Shown piece after piece: positions 12,990-26,135 of a stretch of DNA of 52,223 nucleotides (positions are counted from its first letter, which is position 1; each line of letters opens with the position of its first letter). A model generated the notes under the pieces. It did no database searches, had not been told where the DNA came from, and worked only from the letters and a program-made list of their open reading frames with translations. The translations under genes were made by a program, and so were the position numbers. Source of the stretch: Chiloscyllium plagiosum (taxonomy: Eukaryota); NCBI RefSeq assembly GCF_004010195.1, contig NC_057719.1:37988200-38040422 (forward strand). The letters run 5' to 3'.

Positions 12990-14490
12990 AAATGGACATA
13001 TTTTTGTCTTGCACTTACAGACAATTTGGAAGAACAGCATTTCAAGGTGTAACCCAAATGTTACACATTAGAAGAGGAAAGTGATGTTTGATTGGCAAGT
13101 GGACTCTAATTACCAGACATGTTGTCATGGAGAAAGTAGCAGTTGTTTTTAATTTCACTCATGGAACATGGACATCGCTAGCTGGTCAGCTTTTATTGCC
13201 CATCCCTAGTTGCTCTTGAGGTGGTGGTGGAGAACTGCCTTCTTGAACCACTGCAGTCCCTCTGCTATAGGTGCACCTGTAATACTAGGAGTTTGGCTCA
13301 ACAACAGTGAAAGAACGGCGATATATTTCCAAGTCAGGATGGTGAGTGGCTTGAAGGGGAACTTATAGGTGGTGGTGTTCCCATATAACTACTGCCCTTG
13401 CCCTTCTAAATGAAAGTGGTTGTGGGTTTGGAAGGTGCTGTCTAAGGATATTTGTTGAATTTCTGCAGTGCATCGTGTAGACAGTACATACTGCTGCTAC
13501 TGAGCATCAGTAGTGGAGAGAGTGCATGTTTATGGTGGTTCAAATGGGCTGTATGTCAAGCTTCTTGAATGTTAACTGCCAGGTTTTGTATAGATTTTAA
13601 ACCAGGTAACTTGACTTTGATTAGTCAGAAATAAATGAACCAGAGAATACTGTCACGTATGTTGTTCACTTGAAACAGGCACAGCTCATGCACATGTACT
13701 TTCTGTCTGCAAATACAGGCCCTGTTTGTTAATAATATGAGCTTCCAGTACTCAATTGTGCACCAAAATGTGGGTCCAACTGACAATCCTACATTAGTTG
13801 TCAGTGTAATTCTTTGCACCCCAGGAATATCCAGTAAATGTTGTCCATTTGCAGAATCACATCTAATGTTGATGACTATGTGGTGAATTTTGCAAGTGCA
13901 GGCTGGTTGGTTATGATCAGTGCATGTTTTGAACAGCCGAAAGGACATGCTCTGTAATGCGAGCTGCCAGCCTTTGGGGTGTATGGTCAAAATATCAGGC
14001 ATCACACTGGCACTGAAATTCTTATACCACACAATTCACTTGTGGGACAGGTAGAATATCTTTTCAACTTGATACAGCATCCCATCAGTGGCAAACATCA
14101 TTCATGTTCCTAGTGCACAGTAACATCATGAAATAGTTAGCCTCTCCTGGTGCTCAAATGCTTGATACACTTCATCCTTCCAAGGGAATCTGATTAGATT
14201 GGACATTTTCAAAGGCCAAGATTGCCACCCTATGACCTCTCATGAGTTTGCATGATATACAGCGAGAAATTAGATCAGGGGATACCTTTGATACATCCTA
14301 TTCCAGCAACAAGCTTGCACAGTGAACAAATGGCTGGAGCCTTATTTGTCAGATTTCTGATAAGGCCAATCTTATAGTGCGTGAAACTGTGGGAATTTCA
14401 ACATGTATATTGACTGTTGAAGGTATGTTTCTCACACATATGACTGAGTTTTCAACTTGGACAATGAGGAAAGGGATTTTATTTGAATGC
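12990..14490 (-). mobile_element. Old Penelope-like element of a separate family (RT C-terminus + GIY-YIG), interrupted
   Basis: Minus frames give IPFLIVQVE (LPFLD-like), RCDSANGQHLLD and ICRQKVHVHELCLF. 3' part is similar to 49790-50290 and 47460-47700. Confidence 0.65.
13150..13570 (-). mobile_element. Old LINE 3' end nested in PLE
   Basis: Tail ttcactcatggaacatggacatcgctagctggtcagctttttattgcccatcccta resembles the DeuSINE-like tails. It splits the PLE 3' UTR. Confidence 0.6.
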
Positions 14491-15280
14491 TCCATTTCCA
14501 ATGCAAATTTGAGCATAGGAAATTTCTGCTATGGATTCTACCATCTACATATTGGAAATATCAAGGGTTAGGAGATTTTTCTGTAATTCTGACAAAGCCA
14601 ATTCTCTCATGGAATCAACAAATTGATGTTTGTGACAAAATGGGCCTGGGGGAGTCCCATGGCAGCACATTTTATTTGGACATATGCAGTATTGTAAAAA
14701 CTGAACTAAATTATGCAAGTTGTTGAGTTCATAAATTCAGTGAATATTAATTCACACACTGGTGATAGGTCTATATCCTTGGATAGTATATTGCTGACTA
14801 AGCTAGCCATGTCAAATGAGTCAATGTGCCCTGCTATGTTATGGGTATATAAGCCATGTGTAGTCTTTGCAAATGTGAAGGAACCCTTCAGTATTTAAGT
14901 GGAAAACTTGCTCAAAACTGGTTGTAGCGATTCACCCAGCCATTTGGTCAGTTTATATTGTGCAGAACTGGTTGCTGATAGCATGAGGTGTAAAGGGATG
15001 TCACCTTTGTGTGTGTGGGAAATCTGTACATACATGGACATAGTGACCTATCAGGACAAACCCTATTGTATGTATTGTTTGGTAGCTAGATGCTCCAACA
15101 TTTCTTCACCTTTTTTCTAAGTAAAGCTATCGTCATGCTGAGCAGTAGGATATCAGTTTTGATTAGTCATTAAGAATGGTGTGTATTTTGCTGATTGTAG
15201 TCGGATTTATTAATAAGATTATTCCAGTCACTCTTTGTTAAGTTTATGGATGTGTCTAGGTTGGCCTCAAGACCTCTAAA

Positions 15281-15330
15281 CAGGGGTGGCATGGCAGCTC
15301 AGTGGTTAGCACCGTTGCCTCGCAGTGCCA
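15281..15330 (+). mobile_element. tRNA-derived head of HE1/V-SINE-like element (fragment)
   Basis: ggtggcatggcagctcagtggttagcaccgttgcctcgcagtgcca: A-box-like, matches the reverse complement of 28620-28660. Confidence 0.6.
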
Positions 15331-15339
15331 TGTCTGTAT

Positions 15340-15506
15340 CAAAATATTGTGGATGTTGGAAATTGGAAACAAGCACAGAGAATGCTGCAGAAATTCAGCA
15401 GATCTCACAGCATCAGTGGAGAGAGAAACTGAGTTAACTCTGGTATGACTTGACCTGAAATGTTAACTCTGTTTCTTTCTCCACAAATGCTGAGTTTCTC
15501 CAGCAT
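15340..15506. mobile_element. Inverted (palindromic) PLE pLTR pair
   Basis: atgctgcagaaattcagca..gtggagagagaaactgagttaac versus gttaactctgtttctttctccacaaatgctgagtttctccagcat. Partial hammerhead 3' half (gacctgaaatgttaact). Confidence 0.7.
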
Positions 15507-16380
15507 AGAACATCGAACAATACAGCACATAGAACAGCCATTCAGCCTACCATGTTTGTGATGACCATGATGCTATTCTAAACTATTTCCATCTGCCTGC
15601 ACATGGTTTGTGTCCCTCTATTCTCTGCCATTTATGTGTCTGTCTAAATGCCTCTTAAATGTTGCTATTGTATCAGCTTCTACCACTTCCCCTGGCAGCA
15701 TGTTCCATGCACCCAACATGCTCTGTGCCTCACACATCTGCTTTAAACTTACTCCTCCTGTCACCTTAAATCTACGGTCTCTAATATTTGACATTTTCAC
15801 CCTGGAAAAAAGACTTAGACCACTCACCCTATCCATGCCTTTCATAATTTGATATACTTCTATCAAGTCACCCCTCGATTGCTGACACTCTAGCAAAAAC
15901 ATCCAAGTTTGTCCATCCATTCCTCATAGCTAATACACTCCAAGCAACATCCTGATAAACCTCTTTTGTACTCTCTCCAAAGCCTCTGCATCCTTCTTAT
16001 ATGAGTCAAGAGTGTGATGCTAGCGAAGCACAACAGGTCAGGCAGCATCTGAGGAGCAGGAGAATTGATGTTTCAGGCATATGCCCTTTATCTCTCACTG
16101 CATCCTTCTTATCATGTGACAACCAGAACTGCACACAATATTCCAAATGTGGCCTCACTAAACTTTTATACAGCTGTAACATGACCTAACAACTTGTATA
16201 TTCAATGTCCTGATCAATGAAGGCAAGCACATCATATGCCTTCTTTACACCTTATCCACTTGTGTTGCTACTTTCAAGGAGTTAGACTTGCACCCCAAGA
16301 TCCCTCTGTATATCAATGCTCCTAAGGATCCTACAATTTCCTGTATACTTTTCTCTTTACATTGAACCTCCCAGAGTGCA
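15506..16380 (-). mobile_element. CR1 LINE 3' portion
   Basis: ORF 15618-15920 gives RGDLIEVYQIMKGMDRV...AWNMLPGEVVEADTIATFKRHLDRHI, the CR1 ORF2 C-terminus. Confidence 0.88.
16001..16097 (-). mobile_element. Solo PLE pLTR fragment with 15-bp TSD, nested in CR1
   Basis: TSD ctgcatccttcttat at 15986-16000 and 16098-16112. The insert breaks off within the hammerhead core. Confidence 0.85.
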
Positions 16381-16667
16381 TTCTCTGTGTTTGTTTATAT
16401 CTGTATTAGAGCTTGCAAGATTGGGAATTCTTGACATGGGTACATGACAAATATCTGGATGTTACTCTCCTCTGGTAATAATATGCTTAGCTAAGAACAA
16501 CACTGCAGGTATTGGATACCTAAAATAAAAAAAACCCCCATGGAAATAGGAAATCAGAATACAAAACGTTGGGCACGTAATTGAGCTCATGGCTATCAGC
16601 TGGGGAGCTAGTAAAATCCCAATGTCACCTCTTTTCAAGAAGGTATACTGCAACTTGTCTCACTTAC

Positions 16668-16955
16668 CAGACTCGTGTGCTGGGTCTTCCTACTGGTTCA
16701 AGGTTTATGGGGGCAGACTTTCTGCAAACTGCAACCTCTTCTGTAATAAGCAGTGCCATCTCTAATTGCTGTGGGACCCAGGCAGTGGTAAGTGGTGTAA
16801 CAAAGTGTGGTTCATGGAGGAAATGGATTTCAGCATGGACAATGAGGTCAGCAGACTCCCATTTCTTCTCAAAGATGAGTACTAAATCAGGAAATGGTGC
16901 ATTTGATTGAAGGAATCTCTCACTTGGCACCTCAACATGCACTTGTTCAAGGAAT
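16668..16955 (-). CDS. Candidate internal coding exon of an unidentified host gene (288 nt, phase 2-2)
   Basis: Acceptor tgtttgcttgtag|, donor TG|gtaagt, length divisible by 3, only one frame open (FLEQVHVEVPSERF...PINLEPVGRPSTRV). Not repeat-like. Confidence 0.65.
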
Positions 16956-19448
16956 CTACAAGCAAACATGTCAGGATTTAGACCAAGTTATCCCTCAGAC
17001 AAAATCATTGGAAAAAACACAGATTCCCATCTTTTTAAGATTGTTTGTGGGATCTAGATGAATGCAGATTGGTTGCTGCATTTCCAAATTAGAACATTAA
17101 TTACACTTCAAAAATATATTTTTGTCTCTAAAGTGCACTGGAAGTCACAAAAAGCACTATATACATAAAAGTTTTTTAAAATAATTTTCTCAAATCAATA
17201 AAAAAAGGAAGGAAACCTTTAATCATTTGGTATGCAGGAGGAATACCATGATAGTCCTTCACAACAGAAGGAAAGAGCCAAGTGAGAGTATTAAGAATGA
17301 GAGTGAGAGGTGGTAAAGAGTGAACAGTGATGAAGGAATAAATCCAATGGGCTATCAAATAATATTCACTTCAAACTCGTGTAAAATAATAGTAGGCTTT
17401 TCAAAATACATCTGGCATGTGCCCTGGACATAATAGTAGGTGGCTCACATTCATTCAGGTCCACTGCTACATTTGACTCTTAGGCAACCATTTCACATCT
17501 AAAATATGGCTAGGCACAATCCAACAGTGCACAGGCTCAGCAAGAGTCAGAATCATTAAGCATGTTTGTATGACATATCTGTAAAATGTGGGATAGCGTG
17601 TGAGTCAGAGATTTGGATTGTTACTTTTCTTACACCTTTTTGTACTTTTAGCCTCTAGTGCAGTGGAATGTGCAAAGATTTTAAATTAGGGATGGGCCAA
17701 AACCTCTGTTCCTTTGGAGATTTGCCAACAGCATTGCTTTACAGAATAATATGAGAGCTCTAGAGCTTTGTCATAGAATAATTGAAATTCAGTGCCAATC
17801 ACAGTGCTATTGCAGCCAATTCATTTTAGGAATTAGAATTTTAACACCAAACCATCTCTTCTTAATGGAGGTTTAGCACTTACTTATTACTGATTGATTT
17901 TGACTATTTTTTTAAAATCTGAATATACGTAATGTGAATAACTTGCTCCCTGCCTATGAGTCCTTTAAATTTTCAATGATATTTTAATTAGTTTCATACT
18001 AGACTGAGAATGAGCTCAAAGTTAAGATTAAAATTGTCAATATAAGCATAAGGTTAATGCCATCTGTTTGGCACTGTTCACTTTTTTTCCTCTTCATCTT
18101 ATATATGTATTTCTGGACATAATAGTGATGTACAGTTGTAAGGCTGGTGTTGCAAATCTTCAATGCATTATTCATATATTTTAAAATATAACTTTTAGTT
18201 TCATGAGTGTAATTTTTAGTTTGGAAGGTGAAGTATTAAGCGTAAAATAAGTGCACATCTAGTTGGAAACTGATAAACAATCCTAAAGTAAAGGGAAATC
18301 AAACAAGCCTAAGTTTAATTAACCTATGTTTACCTTACAATGTCAGAATTGATCGTGAAATAAGGTGAACAATGAATAATCCACCTCTAAACTTGAAATG
18401 GAGCCAAAATGTTTGGATAAAGGGGCATGAGTTCCGTTAGCAATACAGTATACATTTTTCGTGTGGGTCGTAGAATTAAAGAGTAACGTGGAAGATAAAA
18501 TTAATTTCTATTTCTATTTGAGGATATCCTAATGCATGCCACATTGTCATGGAAACTGGTTGTGAGGGTGGTTTAAGTTGTTTGTGTGTGTTTGTTGGCA
18601 GAAGTAAACCGTTCAGTTGGGATCTGACAGAGCTAGTTGCAACATTGCTTTGGTGTAGACTGCAACTCACAGGATTGAGAGAGCCAACAGAAGATGTTAA
18701 TCAGTGAGGCTGGCACTTCAAGCAGAGAAAATCCTAACTTTATCATTCACCACATGAAATGCTAGTGGGGCTTTAAACTTGGTTCAGGCTTTATGTGGGA
18801 AAAGTAGTTGGATTATGTCAATTGATTGCTGGGTATTCCTATTTCTTCTTTCAAATGTTAACAGTCCCTAGCAGGATCATAACACGCAAAACAAAATCTC
18901 TTACATTGTAACTTAGGTGATAGTTGCTAGGTTGACCAAAATACTGAGAAGTTTAACATTTTTCTTTGATTTTCCTCCTCCTTTTATTTTATGGGATAAG
19001 AATCAAGCTCCTGATTATTGTCTCCTAATGATGTGATCAGTTTCAGATTGTTGCCATATGGTCAAGTATTAACACAAGCATATTTATCCATGTTAGAGAC
19101 TGCATTCAATTGCATAAGGCAATTCAGGCCATACCTCTGTACAGCTTTGACCCACCGTAATATGCTCCAGGAATTGAATTCCAGAGGTAAGGTGAGAGTG
19201 ACTGTCTTTGAAGCCAACATAGACTTTTCGGTGAAGGTGGCATCAAGGTGACCTCGCCAAACTAAAGTTCATGAAAATGGAAGTGTAAACATTCCACTAG
19301 GGAATCATCCTAGTATAAGCTCTGGTTAGTTATTTATGCTTGCAAATAGCCTTAAGACCTGCTTACTTGTAGGCTTGGGCGTGTAACATTCACACAACAT
19401 AAGTGCTAGAAAATAACCATGGAAGATACTACAGTTGGTGGATGTAAT

Positions 19449-19631
19449 AGTCAGAAGTCACATGACACCAGGTTGTAGTCCAGCAATTTTATTTGAAATC
19501 ACAAGCTTTCTAAGCGCTGCTCCTTTTTCAGGTGAAGTGTGATTTTCCATAAATCTGTTGGACTCTAATCTCGTGTCATGTGACTTCTGACTTTGTCCAC
19601 CCCCAATCCAACACCAGCACTTCAACATCAT
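19449..19631. mobile_element. Inverted PLE pLTR pair of another family, with degenerate hammerhead
   Basis: Arms at about 19449-19503 and 19538-19593. Minus 19500-19534 reads CAC-CUGAAAA-AGGAGCAGCGCUUA-GAAA-GCUU-GUG. Confidence 0.7.
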
Positions 19632-21590
19632 AAATGAAATCGGGAGGAGGCATGTATATAAACATCAGCAGAGATTAGTTGATCTGAAAGGCCAACTTCT
19701 TGTGATTCTATATGAAGTCACATACCAGACAAGCTGTTTCATCAATGAATGTTGGTCTTGCCAGTAAAGCAATCACACCCGTCAAGGAAAAGACAGAGTA
19801 TACACCATTTAAAAACAGTAGTAAATAGTGTCAAAGGTGGAAAAATGGTAAAAGAAAATCAACATTGATGGTTATCTACTTGAATGCTCATAATACTCAG
19901 AGCAAAATAAATGAATTAATGATACAAAAACAGGTTAATGGGTTTGATCTTGTTGCCATTACAAGGATATGGTTCCAAGCTGGAAACGAAATATTCAGAG
20001 GTATGTGACTTTTCAAAAGGACACGCCGGAAGAAAAGGGTGGTGGGGTTGCATTGTTACAACAGGATGGAATAAGTATGATAATAAGTAATGATCTTGGA
20101 TCAGAAGCTGTAGAAATCGTATGGGTGAAGGTAAGAAACAGAAAGGGGAAGAAAACACTGAAAGGAGTATCTACAGGATCCCTAACAGGAGCAAGATAGT
20201 GAGACAGAGAATAAATCAGGAAATAATAAGAGCAAGTAAAAAGGCAGTACATTAATCACGGATGGTTCTCATATTAAAGAAGATTGGGATAGTCAGATTG
20301 GCAGAGGTAGCAACCAGAAAGAATTTATACAGCATATTTAATAAAAACAATATGTTGTTGATCCAACCAGCATTGCGCTATTTTGACCTGGTGATGTGTA
20401 ATGATGCAACTTAATAAATGACATCAGTGTAAAAGATCCCGTGGAAAACAGTGACCATAAGATGGTAGAATTTAGCTTTCACTTTTAAAGGGAGAAACTT
20501 GGGTCAGAACTAACTTTGCTAAACTTAAATAAAAGCAACTACAAAGGAATGAGGGCGGAGCTAGTCAGAGTGGATTGGGATTGTGATTGAGCAGTATAGG
20601 TTGAGGAATAACGGTAGATATTAAGAAAATGACCCACAGAAGAGATATATCTCAGTGATAAAGGATTCTGGGTCCGGAATAAGCCAACCATGGTGAGCTC
20701 ATGATAACATCAGATTGAAAGAAAAAGTGTTCAATGTGGCAAAGATTAGTTGTAAGTGAGAGGAATGTGAAAGTATTAAAACCAACAAAAGTTGCCCAAA
20801 AAGGAATAAAAAGAGAGAAGATAAAGTGTGAGGATAAACTTGGAAATAATATCTAGATGGACAATAAGGGATTATTTGAATATGTAAAAGGGAAGAGGCA
20901 GACAATGGTGTATATAGGCCCCTTAGAAAGCAATGCGGGGGAATTATTAATGCAGAACCAAGAAATGACAGAGACGTTGAATAAATACTTTGTATCAGCC
21001 TTCTCTGTAGAAGCCACTGATAGCTTTCCAAAAATATTAAACAATCAAGGGGCAATAGGATAAGTGGGAATAAATACAACAAGCATCACCAGAGAAAAAG
21101 TGCTAGGGAAATGATCAATCAGTCCCCTGGATCTGATAGGATGCATCCTCGGATATTAAAACATAGCCACAGAGATAATGAATACAATCATCCAAGAATC
21201 CTTAGATTATGGAAGAATACCAGAGGATTGGGAAACTACTAATGAAAATGAAACAAGACAATAAACAGGAAATGATAGATCAGTTAGCTTCAATTTTGAT
21301 ACTGAAAAAGTATTAGAGTCTGTTTTTAAGGATGAAATAGCAGCACATCTAGAAATATGTAATTTGATGAAGCAGAGTCAGTACCCTTGACAAAGGGTAA
21401 ATCGATGTGGCAAAGATTAGTTGTAAGTGAGAGGAATGTGAAAGTATTAAAACCAACAAAAGTTGCCCAAAAAGGAATAAAAAGAGAGAAGATAAAGTGT
21501 GAGGATAAACTTGGAAATAATATCTAGATGGACAATAAGGGATTATTTGAATATGTAAAAGGGAAGAGGGAGACAATGGTGTATATAGGC

Positions 21591-21680
21591 CCTGAAGAAG
21601 GGCTTATGCCCGAAACGTCGATTCTCCTGTTCCCTGGATGCTGCCTGACCTGCTGCGCTTTTCCAGCAACACATTTTCAG
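21591..21680 (+). mobile_element. Young solo PLE pLTR beginning at an intact hammerhead core, part of a composite insertion with 13-bp TSD
   Basis: CTGAAGA-A-GGGC-TTAT-GCCC-GAAA-CGTC with CpGs retained. TSD caaagggtaaatc at 21391-21403 and 21681-21693. Confidence 0.9.
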
Positions 21681-22721
21681 CAAAGGGTAAATCATGCCTA
21701 ATAAATTTATTAGAATTATTCCATGAGGTAACAAGTAGGATAGATAAAGGAGAAATGGTTGATGTAATATATTTGGAATTTCAAGAAGGCTGTTGATAAG
21801 TTAACACACATTGAAAGGTTCAGTAAGTAAGAGCTGATGGTGTTGGATGTAGTATACTAACATGGATAGAGCATTGGCTAACTAGTGGATGACAGAGAAT
21901 TGGACAAGTAGGGGGTATTTTCAGAATGCTAACTAGTGGAGTGCTACAGTATACGTCATGGCACCAGAATCATTTATAATATATATTAATGACTTGGATG
22001 AGGAAAGTGAATGTAATCCAGCCAAGTTTGTGGAACACAGAAAAGTAAGTGAGAAGGCAAGGTGAGGACAATAGAGTCTACAGAGGGATATAGATAGGTT
22101 AAATGAGTGGGCAAAAACTTGGCAGATTGAATATAATGTGGGGAAATGTAAGGTTATACACTTTGGTAGGAAAAATAGAGGAGCTTAATATTATTTAAAT
22201 GGGGAAGGACTGAAGTAGCTACAGCACAGAGGGATTTGGGAATCCTTGTGCATAAATTACAAAAAGCTAGCATACAAGTTCAGCAGGTAACAGGGAAGGC
22301 AATGAAATGTTGGCCTTTATTCCAAAGGCAATGCAGTATAAACATAGGGAGGTCTGGCCACAACTATAGTGGACACTAGTTATACCACACCTGGAATACT
22401 GTGAATATTTTTCACCCCCTTATCTAAGGAAAGATTTCATGGCAGAGGGGGTGGTGCAACAAAGGTTGAATAGGCTCATCCCTGATTTGGAGGGACTGCC
22501 TTTGTGAGGAGAGGTTAAGCAGGTTTAGCCTGCATTCACTGAAGTTTAGAAGAATGAGAGACACCTTATTGAAGAAACAAGATTCTTAGGGGACTTGACA
22601 AAGTAGATGCAGAAGGGTTGTTTCTCCTCTAGGACCACAGGGTTCACTCTTAAAATAAGGGGTCATCCATTCAGAAGAAAAATGAGGAGGAATTTTATTC
22701 TATTAGAGGGTTGAGAATATC

Positions 22722-22915
22722 ATAGAAATCATAGAATCCCCACAATGTGGAAACAGTCCATTTGGCCCAACAAGTCCACACCGACCCTCCAAAGAGCAAC
22801 CCACCCAGACCCATTCCCCCAACCTAGTACTGTACATTTACCCCTGACAAATGCATCCACCTAACCCACACATCCCTGAACACTATGGACAAGTTAGTAT
22901 GGCCAATTCACCTAA
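22722..22915 (-). mobile_element. HE1/V-SINE-like 3' part
   Basis: Reverse-complement similar to 38915-39040 (ggccaattcaccta, ggcccaacaagtccacaccgacc). Confidence 0.75.
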
Positions 22916-23081
22916 CAGTGGTTCAAGGAGGTTGCTCACCACCACCATCGCCATGGTAACCTGCAGAGAGTAATAAATGTTGGCCCAGCCAGCAACTCTC
23001 ACATCCCTGAAGGAATTAATTTCAGTCATCTGAACTAATATCTCCTTAATTGGTTTGGTTAGGCATTGTGAGGTGTTTAAT

Positions 23082-23320
23082 TATGTTAAAGGCACTTCAA
23101 CAAGTTGTTGTTGTTGAAGAAAAGTAGGAGAGGTGGGAGGGAGAGAAGAACAAAAGGAGTGTGAGAAGGAATACAGATAAATAGAGAGGTGATGGCCTAG
23201 TATGTTAAAGGCACTTCAACAAGTTGTTGTTGTTGAAGAAAAGTAGGAGAGGTGGGAGGGAGAGAAGAACAAAAAGGAGTGTGAGAAGGAATACAGATAA
23301 ATAGAGAGGTGATGGCCTAG
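23082..23320. repeat. Near-perfect tandem duplication (119 bp + 120 bp)
   Basis: 23082-23200 equals 23201-23320 except for one extra A in an A-run. Confidence 0.95.
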
Positions 23321-23476
23321 TGATGTTATCATTGAGCTGTTAATCCAGAGACCCAGATAATTTTCTGGGGACCCAGGTTTGAATCTTGCCAGGGTAAACG
23401 GGGTAATTAGAATTCAATAACAAAAAAAAATGGAATTAAGAGTCTAACGATGACCATGAATCCATTGTCAATTGTA
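23305..23476 (+). mobile_element. DeuSINE-like 5' half (tRNA head)
   Basis: gaggtgatggcctagtga (A-box-like) and ggtttgaatc (B-box-like). Reverse-complement similar to 11120-11268. Confidence 0.65.
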
Positions 23477-23673
23477 TATGTGGAATTCATTTCCACAAAG
23501 GGCTGTTGAAGCTGGGTCATTGAATATATTCAAGGCTGAGAGAGAGAGATTTTTAATTAGTTAGGGAATCCAGAGTTATGAAAGAAAGCTAAAAAACTGA
23601 AGTTCAGGAATTTTAGATCAACTATGATCTAACTGAGTGGTGAAGCAGGCTTAATGGGCCAAATGACCTACTT

Positions 23674-23975
23674 AGAGTCATAGAGATGTACAGCATAGAA
23701 ACAGACCCTTCGGTCCAACTCGTCCATGCCGACCAGATATCCCAACCCAATCTAGTCCCACCTGCCAGCATCCGGCCCATATTCCTCCAAACCCTTCCTA
23801 TTCATATACCCATCCAGATGCCTTTAAAATGTTGCAATTGTACTAGCCTCCACCACTTCCATACACATACCACCCTCTGCGTGAAGAAGTTGCCCCTTAG
23901 TTCTCTTTTATATCTTTCCCCTCTTACCCTAAATCTATGCCCTCTAGTTCTGGACTCCCCCACCCCAGGAAGAAA
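23674..23975 (-). mobile_element. Young CR1 3' end
   Basis: Reverse complement of the 38030-38795 CR1 tail (gagtcatagagatgtacagc...). Confidence 0.9.
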
Positions 23976-24059
23976 CTTTTCTACTCCTGCATTATGGTAT
24001 TACGTTCTAAAAACCATCTAGTTCATTACTGTCCTTTACGAAAGAAAACCACCATTCCC

Positions 24060-24670
24060 ACAGATATTGATGGTATTATAAACACTGTAGATCAAAGAGA
24101 TATCAACAGGTCATGTGAATGGATTTAACAGTGGCAAATAGATTTCAATGTGAAGGTCATATATTCTGGGACTAAAAAGCACTAGAACAGAGTGCTTTCT
24201 ATATGGTGAAAAACTAAAGATGCTGGAAGTCCAAAGTCCTTGGAAGTACATGTACAGTAGATCATTAAATGTAAAGAGGATGTCTATAAAATAAGCAAAA
24301 AGGACATTGGAGTCTTCATCTTTCTAAGAACCAGAATAGTACGGATCAAAGTTTTGCTACAGCTGTATAAAACTCTGGTTAGACCACACCAGGAACTGTA
24401 AGCAGTTCCAGGAACACACTTTTGGAAGGACATATTGGTCTTGTAGCGAGAGCAGCTTTGATTTATCAGAGTGCTGTTGATTCCAAGAGTTAAAATAAAA
24501 CAAAAGATTGCACAAACTAGGGCTGTTTTCCCTAGAATCTAGAAGAATAAGGGGAAACTTAATCAAAGTTTTCAAGTCATTAAGAGGAATTAAGGGTAGA
24601 CAAAGAAAAATTATTTCCACTCTTGATGAGTCTTGAACCAGGAAGTATAATTTAATAATTAGACCTATGG
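24060..24670 (+). mobile_element. Old CR1 ORF2 C-terminal fragment
   Basis: ctgtataaaactctggttagaccacac (LYKTLVRPH) and agaataaggggaaacttaatc (RIRGNLI). Confidence 0.7.
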
Positions 24671-25269
24671 TTGAAGGTCAATTTAGAAGTTTTGTGACAC
24701 AGTGAGTAACAAATTGGCCTCTAAGGCAAAGTTCCAGGTTCAAATATCAGTGCAGGACTTCATGGCGACAGAATGTGTACTTATAACATGATCAACATAT
24801 TAATCCTTCCAATATGCCTATTATTATGATACAGGGATAACAAGCCAAATCAAATCAGGCCCAGTCAACACAGTGAAATTAAAACATTCAATAACCCTTA
24901 AAACTGCCTGATTGTTCTTAACCAGACTTTACAAATATCAGATCTTAGACAGACCATGTTTATAACTTTAACAAAAATTAGTGATTATTATTACTCATGC
25001 AACTTCAGCAGAACACAAATAAGCAACAAGATAATCTAATTAATATCTGTGAGCTAAAGGCTAATTTGTTTTAATCATAACCCCTACTCTCACAGATGAA
25101 TACCTTCATGAAATTCTTGGACAATGAGTTATTCTCAGATATGTAGAACTGTATTTATTGCTCAAGTTCTAAAATCACTGTTAGTGCAAATAATTTCAGC
25201 AGATTCCAAGGAATATTTTGCTATTTTTTTAGGACAGCGATTCTTTTCTCAGAAAATGCAATGAGTCGA

Positions 25270-25440
25270 CAACTTAATAATTTAAGCATCATTTAAGGTG
25301 TATCTAGACAAATACATGAATGGGCAGGGAGCAAAGGGATACAGATCCTTAGAAAATAGAAGGCAGATTTAGATAGAGGATATGGATCGGCACAGGCTTG
25401 GAGGGCTGAAGGGCCTGTAATGTACTTTGTTCTTTATTCT
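25270..25440 (+). mobile_element. CR1 3' end
   Basis: catttaaggtgtatctagacaaatacatg...ggcttggagggctgaagggcctgt tail. Confidence 0.7.
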
Positions 25441-25694
25441 AATGGAAAGCTAGAGAGAGGGAGAGCAAAACAGAACTGCCTGTCCTGAAGCTTCCCAAAA
25501 ATCACTGTGTCTCCTGCAAAAAATTCGGTCAGGACTGATGCTGTCTCTTTTTTTTAAAATGAACATTCTTTGTGGTTGGCTGGTTAGCACCAATCCTCCT
25601 TTGATTGACAAAATCAACGTCCAACCGGTTGCCAGCCCTGAGCATATCAACAACTCAGTGCTGATACATCTTCATTGTTCTTAGACCAGCTATA

Positions 25695-26135
25695 AGTTAG
25701 CTATAAGGAGAGGTGGACAAACTTGGAATATTTTCTCTAGACCCCCAGAGGAAGAAGAGTGACCTGATAGAAGTATAGAAAATTATGAGAGGCATAGAAG
25801 TGGTGGAGAGTTGGAGTGTTTTTCCCAGAGTGTAAGTGTCAAATACTAGGGAGCATAGGTTTAAGGTGAAGGAGGAAGATTTAAGGAGATGTGCAAGGCA
25901 AGTTTTTTTTACAGAGCGTGCGAAGTGCCTGGAACATGCTGTCAGAGGAGGAGGTAGAAGCAGGTATAATGGTAATGTTTAAGAGGCATTTAGGCAGACA
26001 CATGAACAGGCAGAGAATAGAGTGATACGGACTATGTGTAGGCAAATGGGTTTAGTTTGGAATAGCATCATGATTGGCACAGACATGGTGGGTTGAAGTG
26101 CCTGTTCCTGTGCTATACTCTTCTATGTCTATGTT
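25695..26135 (+). mobile_element. CR1 3' end
   Basis: gtgacctgatagaagtatagaaaattatgagagg (DLIEVY-like) and typical tail gcctgttcctgtgctatactcttctatg. Confidence 0.8.

Larger units (their letters stand above)
19800..23670 (+). mobile_element. Degenerate CR1 LINE ORF2 (APE endonuclease + RT), interrupted by nested inserts
   Basis: YLNAH, KGGGVALL, IVWVKVRNRKGKKTL, NQEMTETLNKYFVSAFS, YINDLDE motifs. Resumes at about 23477 after SINE inserts. Confidence 0.85.

Noticed and set aside
13115..13135. X-box-like motifs at about 13121, 47662 and 49937
   Set aside because: They lie inside copies of an old PLE 3' UTR and are imperfect.
15281..15330. tRNA gene candidates (also 23305-23390 and 28590-28660)
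   Set aside because: These are SINE heads with no complete cloverleaf.
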